DNA of 63,743 nt from Candidatus Margulisbacteria bacterium GWF2_35_9 (GTDB lineage: Bacteria; Margulisbacteria; Riflemargulisbacteria; GWF2-35-9). The number at the start of each line of letters is the position of its first letter. Within the stretch, counting starts at the first letter, position 1. The stretch lies in the NCBI GenBank assembly GCA_001783275.1, contig MFRH01000001.1, positions 1 through 63,743 of the forward strand, in the 5' to 3' direction. Made by a program: the position numbers and the translations under genes. Below the pieces are notes generated by a model. The model worked only from the letters and a program-made list of their open reading frames with translations, did no database searches and was not told the DNA's origin. Positions 27,232 through 40,600 of the stretch are shown piece by piece.

Positions 27232-28323
27232 GTGCATTTGACAGAAGATAAACAAGAAACAGGTTTTGGTATTAGCGATGACGACATCCTAACAAGATCC
27301 AGAGAAGAAACAGATATTACATTTTCAAGCGCAGTAGACGTTGTTTTATCACTCGCATGTCGAAATAAGTGCGGTTACTGCAGATTTTCTAAACGAAATC
27401 AGGATTTAACCGTTCCATATTCAACAATAAAAACATTCAAGGCAGCAAAAAAAGCAGGTGCAAGAGAGGCTCATTTGGTAGCAGGCGAAAGACCAGATAA
27501 GTTTCACGCAATTAGAGCAAAATTTGATGTCTGGGGGTTTAACAGCTACATCGAATATATATACACAATAGCGGAACTTGCCTTTTTAGAAGGATTGCTT
27601 GTTAACCTTGAAGTTGGATATTTGTCTTTAACAGAGTTGAAATATTTAAAAGAAATCATTACATCGGTAGAAATGAGTCTTGAATCTACAAATCGAGATT
27701 TTTTACAATCAGTTCATCATCAATATTCACCGAGTAAAGACCCGAACATCAGAATTAAGTTTATAGAAAATGCAGGGAAATTAAACATTCCAACCAATAC
27801 TGGTATTCTAATTGGTATTGGAGAAAGTCCAGAAGAACGAATTAGAGCCTTTGTTCGTATTAAAGACCTCCATGAAGAGTATGGGCATATACAGTCTGTG
27901 AAGATCAATACCTTCGTGCCGGAGAAAAATACGCCTATGAGCGAAGAACAACCTGTGTCAGATGAAACTCTATATGAAACCATCCGATTGGCGCGTGAGA
28001 TAATGCCAAAAGATGTTGATATTACGATTCCGGTTAATATCCATCAAGATATTATTAAATTAGTAGAGCATGGAGTAAATGATCTCGGGCAGATTCGTGT
28101 GTATGGACGAGCTTCTCTTTTCCCAAAAATGCCCTTTAAAACAATTGAAGAATATCAAGCAGAGTTAGCGCTTGGCGGATATACGCTGCATAAACAACTA
28201 CCAATTAAGAATCAATTTATTCTGGCACAGAAGTACTCAAAGAAATTAGGTCAGTTTCTAGATAAGCATCGTGCTAAACTTAAAGACAATATGCGTGAAG
28301 ACAAATTTATGCTGACGTTTTAA
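27232..28323 (+). CDS. CofG-like radical SAM protein (FO synthase subunit 1 family)
   Basis: TFS...CRNKCGYCRF, SPSKDPNIR, TGILIGIGESPEER, HEEYGHIQSV and GVNDLG parallel CofG motifs. Confidence 0.72.
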   Translation: MHLTEDKQETGFGISDDDILTRSREETDITFSSAVDVVLSLACRNKCGYCRFSKRNQDLTVPYSTIKTFKAAKKAGAREAHLVAGERPDKFHAIRAKFDVWGFNSYIEYIYTIAELAFLEGLLVNLEVGYLSLTELKYLKEIITSVEMSLESTNRDFLQSVHHQYSPSKDPNIRIKFIENAGKLNIPTNTGILIGIGESPEERIRAFVRIKDLHEEYGHIQSVKINTFVPEKNTPMSEEQPVSDETLYETIRLAREIMPKDVDITIPVNIHQDIIKLVEHGVNDLGQIRVYGRASLFPKMPFKTIEEYQAELALGGYTLHKQLPIKNQFILAQKYSKKLGQFLDKHRAKLKDNMREDKFMLTF

Positions 28324-28362
28324 ACTCATCCCCCAACCCCTTCTCTTGAAATAGAAGGGGAG
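28323..28362 (+). repeat. Solo copy of the DUF559 cassette left-end palindrome
   Basis: aactcatcccccaaccccttctcttgaaatagaaggggag, nearly identical to 4156-4196; also directly after a TAA stop. Confidence 0.85.
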
Positions 28363-28379
28363 CAAAAATATAACTTTTT

Positions 28380-28408
28380 AAAACCATCGCAAATGCGATG
28401 GTTTTTTT
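28380..28408 (+). terminator. Intrinsic terminator
   Basis: aaaaccatcgc-aaat-gcgatggttttttt. Confidence 0.85.
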
Positions 28409-28604
28409 ATTTAAATGAAATTTCAAGAAAACGAATCATTTTATGTTTGAAATCACCTATAACTGGGAACAACATTAAATGAGAATTAAAAATATATTAA
28501 AAAAATTGACCAATTCAAAATTTGAATAAGTTCTAATGAAATTTTGAATTAAATGGTTCGATATATTTGACAGAGGTTAAAATCTAAATTTTTAGGGGTT
28601 AGAT

Positions 28605-31600
28605 GTGGGAATAAATAGACTGGAATTAAATTTTAACAGTTTACCAAAAAACACAAAAATTGAATCAAAAGAACAAACTGCGGACCCCCGCAAACAAGCT
28701 TGTGATTTTTTAGCGAAACAATTACAACCAAAATTACTGAGCTCGTTAGGTATCCAGATAAATTATGAGAACTTACTTCTAATCCTTTTGGGGACGAGTA
28801 CCGGGGATAAGTGGATTGTAGGAGATTTTGATCGGGATGGAAATCCAGACATTTCCTTAGACGACCTATATGAGAGTTTAAAAACTAAGCTAGGTACAGA
28901 TCCAAATAATCCACTGAATAAAATTTCAAAAGAAGAATTTTCTAGAAAATTATCAGTGTCTAGTCCAATTTCTGGAACTGCCGAGCAATTCGGATTGCAG
29001 ATAGAAACGTTTGCAGATAATGGGTCAATAGACGCAAAAATATCAGCCTGGCTAGAAAAGGGTGGAGATTTAAGTGCCGTATTCACTGATTTACAGAATG
29101 AACAAAATCCGAGTGCATTAACGGTGAATTTTATAAAGCTGATACAGAGTATTCAACAACGGGATGGTTCTGTAGATATTGGTGTTATCGACAACTTGAG
29201 AGAGTTAAAAATCCTCACCAAAGATTTATTGGAAGGAAAATCAATTGATTTTGATCAAATTATAAGTAATGACATATCAAAAGAAGCCCTAGAAGAATAT
29301 TTTGGTCCAGATGAAAAATTAGATTTCAATGATCTAATTACATTTACAACCTCATTAGCCGATATTACTCATTTATATGGTTTTAAAAGTGGGGAAATGA
29401 AATATTTCTCCGATATGATGAAGCTTTGTTTAAAAGCAACAAAGTTCCTGAAAGTGAATCGTGGAGATAATCCCGCTGATTTAACTCAGGCTGTTTCGGA
29501 AAACAAAGGCGAAAAGGGATTGAAAATAGAACAAGCACAGGTAGAAGTGGCAACAAATGAATTCGTAACAAAGCTGACTGAAAAGGTTGATTTTACAGAT
29601 ACAGATAAATTTACAAACAGTATTATTTCAAATGCGCCAATAGAAGATGGAAAATTAGTATTAAAATACCAATCAAAGGAAAAGAAAGAAGTGACGATTG
29701 AAATATCAAAAAGTGACTTCGATAAATTTCTAAAATTTTGGTATAAAATTATAAACCCAGCTCTGACAGGTGACGATTCATCGAGAAAAGAATCCTTTAA
29801 TGTTGATTTTAAAGATTGGTTAGAGATACAACTCAGAATTTATTCAATGGGTATTGAAGACGCTGTAAACGTTGTAATTGGCGCTCAAGCAAGATCACCT
29901 CACGTACAGAAGAAAGTCCAGCAGGTAGTACCAAAACAATATGAAAAAGAACTAGTAGAAAAAGGGCAACAAGAACAACCGACTGTTGAGCCTCTCCCAG
30001 TTGACGAGAAGCGAGCTGTTACTCAAGAACTAAATCCAGCACCTCCCTCAGAAACAAGCAAATCAACTGATTCAGTTGCATCTAGTCAAGAACCCGCTCA
30101 AAATAACCAAGCACCTTTAGAAGAGGCGAATAAAGTTAGACTAGAACCCAAAGAAGCTAGCGGAGACCCAGTTGTAAAGAAGGGTGAACCTGCGCCAGTT
30201 GTAAAACAGCAAGAACCGCCCCTAGTTGAAAAGAAGTCAGATGTTGTTCAGGAACCAAATCCAGCATCTCACCAAGAAGAAATAAAATCAACTGATCCAG
30301 ACGCAACCAGCCAAGAAAAAGTTCAAGACAACCAAGCACCTTTAGTACAGGCGAAAGAAGTTAGCTCCGAACCCAAAATAGGTGGTGAAATTCCTGTTGA
30401 AAATAAGGGAGATGCGCGAAGCATTACGGTTCAACCCCCTGTAAAAGAGACTAGAAAGGATGACGAGGGAAAAGGATCTTCAAAAGTCCCTTTATTTACG
30501 TCTCTATTTTCAGAAGAAATCAAAGCAGCAGAGGGGCAGATCGTTAAAGCAATAGAGACAGCTAAAATAAAAAAAGATCAAAAATATAACGAAGTTGTAA
30601 TGAAGGCAAATAGCCAAGATAATGAAATGCTTACACTATTAAAAAAGCTTCAAAGTACAATTGGGGATAAGAAAATATTTGATATTTTCAAAACAAATCT
30701 TCTTGAAGGCTTAAAACAAGTGCCAAAATATAATGATCCTGAATTACTACAAGCAATAGAGAAACTGACCTATGAAGAAGTAAGAAGTGATAAAAAGGTA
30801 GCAGGTAGTCCAAATAAATATTTTGTTGAGCTAAATAATATGCAAACATTTCTAAATAACCAAGACGAAATAAATAAGATACTGTATAACCTTTGTGCTT
30901 CTTTTTTATTATTAAAAGAACTTGGATATAAAGAACCTGATATTTTAAAAATGTCAGTGAATGACATGAATAATCTCGTAATAAATCGTTTGAGCGCTGA
31001 TTTAATGCCGAATGTTGATTTTCCTAAGTTTTGTGAGGATATGGATTTTGCTATAAAATTAATAACATTAAGTGATAATAAGAAAAATATAATAATAAAA
31101 GCGGATGGGACAGAGAAATTTAATCGTTTTGTATCATACTTTAAAAAGATAATCGACAAGTACCCAGATGTAATAAAAATGTTGCCTGTAGAAAAAGCCT
31201 TAGCAGAGGGAAAGGAAGAATATAGCTACAAAGTAGAGGGGTTCGGTATAATTAAATTGGCATATAAACCTGAAGGAGCTGATATTAAAACAAATGATCC
31301 TGAATCCACTAAGTTAGATACTAAGCATAAAGCACTGAGACAGGAACTTCTTGAAAAGTTTTATAACAGAGATTCAGGATCATTTCCTGTATCCTATAAG
31401 AAGAACCCAGCGAATGATCAAGAGGAAAAGCAAGGGCTAACGATATTAAAAGACTCTGTTCATTCAGATTATTTATTGGATGATAAACGAGTTGATGTTC
31501 CCTTGACTTATGCGATAGCCTCCATGAATCAGCTTATTTATAAAGATAATATAGAGGAAGCTTTACATAAGTGTGTTTCGATTCTTTCCAAGTATTGGCT

Positions 31601-34600
31601 GAAAGAAAAAATAGATAATTATTTTAATATTTCTGAGGGTACTATTTCTTTTAAGGATGGGAAGGAAATAGAAGCTGATTTCATGAAGGAACAAAACGAA
31701 CTTCCCGCTGATTCTGGTATACAAAGTGCTTTTGAAACATTCATCGAACTAAGAAATAAATCAAATGATTGGCAATTTTATAAAGGCAACGATAGTCAAG
31801 AGTTAAATAGAGATTTTAGACAGGAAATAGAGAAGGCTGAGAAAAAAGGAGGGGCAGGAGGTACTATTCCCCCAACGAACCAACCTGTTACAAAAGTAGA
31901 GACAGTCTATAATGGGATGAAAAATGCATTTGGACTTAGTCTGGCTTTTATTGAAAAACCAACACTCGGCACGGTCCCTCCAATAGACGACTGGCATATG
32001 ATCAATATAAAAGTAGCCTATTTGAAAGAGAAACACCCAGAACGCTATCAACATTTAATGGCTATTAAAGAACACATTGGGTTAGGCCGTGAAATGAAGG
32101 TTGATATGAAAAAAGAATTTGACGATTTAATTAGTATGGATAAAGACTTTTATATATGGCTCGCTGAGACATATTTGCCAAAAGGTGTTGGGCAAGTTAT
32201 TGATGAGTACGTTATAACAAATATTCAAAAAGCATTATTTCGTAGCGAGAATATTCTGCTACCAGATAAACGTAGTCTTAGTTTGTCACAAATTATGGAG
32301 GAGTATAGGCAAATATTAAATGATAGAACTGCATTGGATGATATGTTTTCATGGAACGACATTGGGGTTGAAGCAGAGCAAATAATGATAGGCCGTGGTT
32401 TTGTTCGAAATGAGAAACTAGTAAAATTTCCTTCTAGTGGAGAAATCGATTCCATCAATACTATCTTATTGAATCAGAGAATTCTACAAGAGCTTAATAA
32501 AAAAGGTTACAAAAAACTTGAAGACGCTCCTGAAGATATAGTAAAAGAGATTCGAATATCGTTAAAAGACAACTTTAAAGGGGTAACAATTGAGGCTATA
32601 ACCAAGAGACAAATTTTTCAAGGTGCTACCAATTTGTTACTGCAAGGTATAAATATAAACAGTTCGGGTAGTGTTGATAAAACGGAGAAATATTTTGGCT
32701 TAGATACTGTCAAAAATACTTTTAATACACTATTTATTGGTGAGGTTGTGACTGAGCATTTTGGAGCTACAATAAAATCTCAATTACTGACATCAAAGAC
32801 GGATGAAGCAGCAGTTCAAAAATTAAAACTCAGCTTTCTCGGATCAGATATTGATGATTTGGATGCCAGCCATATAAAAATAATAGCAGAAATGGTGATC
32901 GATTCAGGTTCTAGGTTAGGAAAGGATTCAAAAGAGTATAAGTGGGCGTTAGATAAAGCTGCAGCATTAAACAGCTTAGCCAATAGTTTAACTAAACCAA
33001 TGACGTGTACCAATAAGACGCTAGAGGATACTCGGGTACAAACAGTTGTTGATGCGATCTATTTTTTAAGACGGATGTTGGAAAAGAATCGATATATCGA
33101 AATGGGCGGTTCAGCCTATAACAATAAAGTAAAACAAAAGATCTCGATAAATACTCCAACCATCGATAAATTCTTATCGACGGATTTAAGTAAACTAATA
33201 AATAAAACATTTAATCAACCGGAAGAGTTAGGATCAATTCAGGCTCTAAGTGCGATAGGAAGTCTCGCATACCAGCCAATGAAGACTACATACGAATTTG
33301 GTATTGAAATGGGTGTAAACTTAAATGCACTGGGGTTACAAGTTATCCAAAATTTTAGAAACTTTGTAAGTGGTTCAACTTTAAGTATGGTAACCGATGC
33401 AAATGGCAATATTGTAATTGATCAGGAGACTGGAAAAGTATCATTCAGAAAAGTTGGGGATACAGAATGTTTAGACATTGCAGCTCAAATGACCTCGACG
33501 ATCCTTCAGTTAAGATTAATAGCCCCAGTCAAGTTTTATGACTTTTTTGGAATAACAGATGATGTTAATGAGGGTAGTTATTATTCAGCATATATCAAGT
33601 TTGCAACTGCCAACTTTTTAATGTTAAGCTCGGCCAAAGGTTTTTGGAACTCAATGATGGGTAGAGCTTTTAAAACAGTTGGAGTTAAGGACATTGTTTC
33701 CTTTACCGAATTTGCAGCAAGACAGTTTGGCATAAGGTGTGAGACAAAAGCTGGAAGACTTGGTATTTTTGCTCCTATGTTAGATATACTTCAAGCCAAA
33801 TACGACGAAGTGAAGCCAGGGGAAGAAAAGACAAATCTTCAAAACAAGATCTCAAAAATGAAAGATATGATAAAAACGGGCATGAAGGTCGGGAGTTATG
33901 CAATTAATCCATTAGGTCATGAAATGCAGCGTTTAAACAAAATGGCGGATCCTAAAGGGGCGGATGAAAAGAAGATAAGTAAAACTGCCGCAAAGGTTGC
34001 CTTGGGTGTATTAAATAGTTGGCAAGAGTTTAATCAAAAGTATAGTCTATATGCACAAGAAGGAAAACTAATCTCAAAATGGATAACAGATTGTAAAAGG
34101 ATTATTAGTGGTGAAAACGGTGAATTTAAATTGAATGTTGAAGAACATGATTTAAATAAATGGATTAACGGCAATAATGTTTTGAAAGAGCTTGAAAAAC
34201 AAATTCGAATTCCGAGTAGTATTAAAATAAGACTTGGGAATGAAAAATTAGTCGATGCAAAAGTAATAAAAGTATCTATCGGGTCAATAGGATCAAATAG
34301 CGAAGTGTCTCAGGCAAAGCATCCTGTTGACATTAGGGTTCATTATGCTGGACAGGGAGCACCTGTATCCTCAGAAACCGTTTCGGTTGAGCTTGTCATA
34401 AATGAAAGTTTTGTTCGAAATGCATTACGAAACATCAAGATTGGTGGTTTAACTGAGAAACAAAACCTCAAGGTAGCCTATGCACAGTTGTCTCAACAAA
34501 TAAATATGCATATACAGTGGCTAAGTCAGCGAACAACAAATATGGTTTTACCTGTGCCTCATGGAAACGGTGGGCAGGAAGCTATCCTTAATCCACTTGA

Positions 34601-37600
34601 AGTTGAAAAAGGATTATCAAATATAGGCGTCACAGTTGAAAAAGATTTTTCACAACGCATGGCTCTTAATATAGATGGATTCAACCGATTAAAAGACTAC
34701 ATACGTCAAAATAAAATTAATTTACTTACAGAGGAACTATATTATGCCTTTTTAAAAGATGGTTTTTATGAGGAAAGATCCGCTGTAGTTTCAGATAGAA
34801 TTATTTTTGAAGAAATAATCCATCCTTTGTTCAATGCAAAAGATATGGATATAAAAGAATCAACCAAAATAATAGACAAAGATGGAAAATTAAATTCAAA
34901 GGAATTAAGAATAATTCTGAGAGAGAGAATATTAATTGCTATAAAATCTGGAAAAATAACATTACCCGGGTTGGATGCTAATAATCCGGATAATAGTATC
35001 GTTGAAACGTTACTATCTGAAGTCGAAACGAAATTTAACAGATATTATGAAAGTTTTAGTTTTGCAAAAGCAGTGGATAAAGAAATGAAATCTGAAAAAG
35101 TGAACGCATTGTTCAAGGATAAAACAACAGAAATTGCGGAGCTAAATCTATTATTTAAATTATACGATGCAGAGATCAATAAACAGTTGTTTGAGGTAGA
35201 TAAAATACCGCAGAGCATTCGTGATAATGAAGTCTTATTTGATAAGTATTTTAAAAAAATTAAGGGTTCTTCAGATTTTGTAAAAATTAATGGTGATATA
35301 ACCAAAATAATGGAAAGCATAAAAGAAGATGCAAGTTTAAATAAAGCAGATGCCAACCACCTACTTAAGGATTTAGAAAAGGCAAGCAAGTCTACCGATA
35401 AGAAACGAAGAGAAAGTTTCGAACAAGAAATTCAGAAAAGAGGAACATATCTAAAAGAAATATATGAACAACTACAGCAAGACTATAAATCTGCTGTAGA
35501 TTCCAATAATAAGAGTGATATAGAAAAGGTAAATATTCGAAGAGTAGCAATTCTATCAAAATTATATCAAGCATCGGATGGAAAAATACCGAATTTTTCC
35601 CAAACTATGTTTTTAAAATATAACCATTTGCCGGGTAATGATTATTGGTTCAACTTGGGAACAGGTGAAGGGAAAAGTGTTGTTTCATATTTGCTAACGC
35701 TTGACCAACTAATACGAGGTAAGGCGGATGGAGATAAAATAATATTAACATCCTCAGATCCAGCATTGGTTGAGAAAGCATATTTAGAGGCAAGGCCATT
35801 ATTTAAAATGCTGGGAATTTCAGTCAATACGTTCTCTTCAGATTTAAATACCCATTCAATCAAAGAATTGAAATCAAATATGGATAATACGGAAGTTCTG
35901 TTTTGTTTGAATACAGACTTGCACTTCGCAAACGCCCACGATAGGAAACAAGTGGATCCTGAGTATAAAATAATGGCATCATTTGGTAACCGAATAGTGA
36001 TTCATGATGAAGGGGATCTAGCTCGATTTGAAAGTGAACATAACCCAGTTGTTATTTCAAATGCGAGTAGTAGTCTTGATAAATACTCATCTCAGTGGAA
36101 AGACGCAGTGAGTATAATCGAGAATGCAAGCAAGGAAAAAGGTCTTATATCCTGCGATTATAGTAAGAAAACAATTATACTTAATAAAGAACTAGTCCCA
36201 TATATAAAGATGCACGCTCCGAGTATTTATAAATTGATTACATCATCAGACAGCGCTGAAAAAGCAGCCGGATGGAAAATTCTGTCAGCATCTGCCAGAG
36301 TGAACTATTTTCATACTAATAAGGTTCATTACGTGGTTGAAGGAAAAAAAGTAAAATTTATATTTGATGTAAGAGAAGTCGTCTTAATCGATGAGCTAAC
36401 AGGTTTTAGAAAACCCGGGCATGCTCTCCAAGATGGATTAATGCAAGCCATTCAAGCGAAAGAAGGCTTGCCGGTACATGAAGAGATGTACTCGGATACA
36501 GTATATCTACCGGAAGATACAATGAAAAAGGCAAAAAGAGGTTTTAGTATCTCAGGTACCTTTGATGTGTCTAAGAGTCTTTTGAAAAAGGCAATGCATG
36601 GTTTGTTTATTCAACCGACTGTTCCAGTAACACGAGTTGATATGCCGGATGTATTAGCAAAGGATAAATTAACTCAGAGCCAAATTATAAGAGATAATTT
36701 GAAATCGCCTGATGTTGCTGATTTTGCTCATTTGATATGTGTAAAAAGTGAAAAAGAAGCAATCGATCTAAAAGACTACCTCAAAAAATATTTTGATGTT
36801 GAAATTGAGATATTGATAGATAGTGAAAATATGCTAAAAAATGAAAGGACTCGAATTCTAAATAATGCGGGAAAACCAGGCCATATAACAATCGCTACAA
36901 TTGCCGGTAGAGGTACCGATATCAAGACACAAAACAAAATGTTAAGCGAATTGGGTAATATTAGTGCTCAAGGGGGGCTAACGGTTACGATAACAGACTA
37001 TTATCAGGATACACGAATAATCGAGCAAATTAGAGGAAGATGTAATAGATTGCTAAATCCTCTTGCTGGTGGTGCTCCAACGGAAAGAGGAAGTGGGAAA
37101 ACTTGGTTGGTTGCATCTTTGGATGGTTTTTATTTCGAAGAGAGACCAATAGAGAAAAATATGCTAAAGAAGCTATTTTTTGATAATAATTCTAAAGCAG
37201 TAGTTGTGAAGGAGGGAAATACTAGAGAACAATACCAGAATAGTGAGAAGAGAGTTGCTAATAAGAAACAGGTAGACGTGTATTTCAACTATATTGAAGA
37301 AGTCTCTGGTAAACCATTAACCGAGAAACAGAAAGCAGAGTACATAGGAGTAATGAAAACTGTTTATGCGGAGAATGAGAATTTGTATAGAATGGGGCAG
37401 GATAGCCAAGGTGAAAGTTTATATGAAAGAAATCAGGCAATATTTAGGTTCGAAGGGCAAATCGGAGATAGATTATCTTCCATAAAGACATCTTCGGAAT
37501 TTATTGATTTTTATATTGATATGATGCACAAATCAGTAGATGCGGTTTTAGTAAATCACAATATAGTGCTAACAGATACCATTAATGAAACTAACATAAA

Positions 37601-40600
37601 GTATTTTAGAGCATATTTTGGTAGAGCAAAGAAACTAGGGCTAGATGTGAATCGTTTAGGTATAAAGAATTTGGACGATTTTATTGGCAAGCCAGTTTAT
37701 GAACTCGTTAATATATTAAAAGAAGAAAAATGGGTCCGAACAAGACTAGAGGATTCTTTTAAAAAGAAATCGTCTGTCCGATCTGATATAGACAATATTA
37801 GAAATAACTTAGAAGTGATATATAACCAAGTAAGAGCAGAGGCACATAAAATGAACCATATTTATGGTAATCAAGTCCAATATCAGACTCATGAAAATGG
37901 ACGAGCCGATCTGGAAAAAGAATTACAGGAAAAACTTGAAAAACATATTTTTAACAAGTTTTCGCTCCGATTTATGGACGAATATCGAGTATTTCTATCG
38001 GGTGAGAAAATAAACCCTAGTAGTTTTTCAAATAAGAGACAATTGACTATCGATGTAGATATTAGCAAAAAAGAATTACTCGAAGAATTTGCCAAGACCA
38101 GAGATTATGTTGAAATAGAGCACATTAAGGAGTTAAATAGTGTGCGTCTATGTTTTAAGAAACTTGCTAATGATCCAGATATTGCTGCCTTAGAATCCAT
38201 ATTATCTTCAAGCGAGTTGGAATTATTAGAAAAAGTACCAAAGAGCGATTATGAGAAACAGACATTAAAAGAATTCGTTGAAAAGAGCCTAGAAGCTACG
38301 TTAAAAGATATCGGATCACCTCTTAAACAATTTGAACCAAGAAAAATACGTTTTATGGGCACTTATTTTTCATTAGGAAATCAAAATGATATTGCGGCAA
38401 TAAATGAATTATTAAATACTCTTGGGTCTAAAAAAATATTAGTTTCAGAGTGGCAGGGCGATCATGATGTTTTCTTTTACGGAGAACAGAAGGGTGCTCC
38501 AGAGATGATAAAAATTAAAAATGCAGATGGTAAAGAGAAAACTGTGCAAGTTGTAACCGTTAGTAAAGAGATAATCAATAATCCAAATAGAGTGTTGGGA
38601 TTCACCTTTATGCAAGAGAGTAATTTATTGGGGCTTGGACGATCTGATAATTTAATTATTCTACGTCCAGATGAAATAAGAAAACAATATCGAGATATGG
38701 CACTGGTAGCATTTAGTCGAAAATATGTTAATGAAAGTGCAAAAAATAGTGCATTTGAATTTTTTAAACTCCATGGGATAGGAAGTTTAGAGGAAGCAGG
38801 GATCGATCCTCGTGATGTACGTAATGATATTTATAATAAAACTCGTTTAAGTGTTGAAGATCAGGATTTAAAAGGAAAAATAGAGCCAATAATAACTCAG
38901 ATGGTTGGAACCGTATTAGAACATGAGAAAGCACACCAAAAAGATGATCCACGACCAAAAAATTATAGCCATTATCGATTTGTGAACGGTGGCCAATATG
39001 TTCAAAACCGAGGCCTAATAGATGTTCTAAGCGAGTTTAGAGCGGATTATGGTGGTAGATTAACAGCGATTCTTGCTATGAAAGATAATGAAGCAAAGAA
39101 ATCAGAATTGGCAAGAATGGGTTATGAAGCAAGTTATTATACAAATGAAACATATAAAAACACCCTGCAACGGGAAGTTGCTGAAGAATTTCTTCAGTTG
39201 TACGATAAAGCAATAGTTGAGAAGGATTATTCAGGTTTAGGAAAATTTGCAGAAAAAATAGAAATTGGCTTTAAGAACAGAATCGAATTATTATGCAAAA
39301 AGTTAGATTTTTACTATAAAAAGGAAATTGGAAAGAGAAAGAACGATTCAACATATGATAAAAAGGTAGTTATGGTAAATGATACGGATTTTGACTCAAA
39401 AAAATCAATTATTGACGAAGAAAACAAAAAGGAAGGCAAATCAGCAGATGAATATATTGTTAAAGCCCACGCAAAAGATATTTTTTCTGAATTTAATAAA
39501 GACGCAATTATTGAAATTAATGAACAGGCTAAAAAATTTAATACTGAGATTCAGGAACGAAATGGTTTAAAACAGGTAAAAGATAACATAATAAATATGA
39601 TTCTAAGTAATCCTGATAACGGAATGAGAGTCTTAGAAGATATTGATATCAGCCTTTCTGAAAGGACGGAGATTATTCAGGAATCATTTGAAAAGGCTTT
39701 CTCTGAAAATAATAATAATCCCAGCGAAATAGAAAAAGAAATATACGTTAGAGCAGGTAGTAACAAAACATCAATCATTGAATTTTTGACAAAGTCAGAA
39801 AAATTTGGAAATAAAAGTCTACTTAACAAGTATTTAATAGCTCTTGCCGTTACTCCGGCGGTTGAAAATAATAACGCATTTAAACCAGAAATGACGCCAC
39901 TAGAGAAAGTTCAAGACTGTAAAAAAATTATATATAATGAATTTACTCAGCACAATGTAAACATGAAGGAGATATTATTCGAGTATCTCAGAGGAAATGC
40001 TGATACGAAAGAAATTATTGAAGACATCGAATCTTCAAAAACAGTTCAAGAGATGTTCAACAATAAATATAGCTGGCAGTTAGTTTTGGAGTGTTTAACA
40101 ATAAGCAAATTAAGTCCTGAACAAGCTGTTAGAATAACGTTGGAAGCATCAAGTGTCCCACTAACAGCGTCGAAAATTCACGAAAAAACGGGCCTAGATG
40201 AAAAGATTGTCGAAGAGGTTCTAAAAGATAATCACTCTTTTATTAAAGCAACAGATGGGTATCAACTCGAGAGAAATGCAAGAATCTCAAAATCCATGGG
40301 GCTTAATACAACTGAAACAAAAATAGATAAAATTCAGAAGTCATTTACGCTTGTGTATGATGGTGCAAAGTGGACAACAAAGGAGAGTTTGTCTCTAGCT
40401 AAAACAGGAGTCAAGGGCGGTCTTTCTGGTGCTGCAGCTGAATCTGTGTCAATGCTTCTTCAAAATATCCTATCAGATAAAAAATTTGTGGGTTTGTTAA
40501 AACCTGGGAATGAGTATTCTTGGAGTCTGAATGATTTAAAACATCCGGCACTTGAAGGCTTCCTGTCTTGGTCAGTTTTTGAAATGAAAAACAAATTTAT

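Noticed and set aside
35500-37960. Calling the giant ORF the housekeeping secA
   Set aside because: The motifs are diverged (ATIAGRG, DEGD, RCNR) and embedded mid-protein in 4,705 aa, so no gene symbol was assigned.
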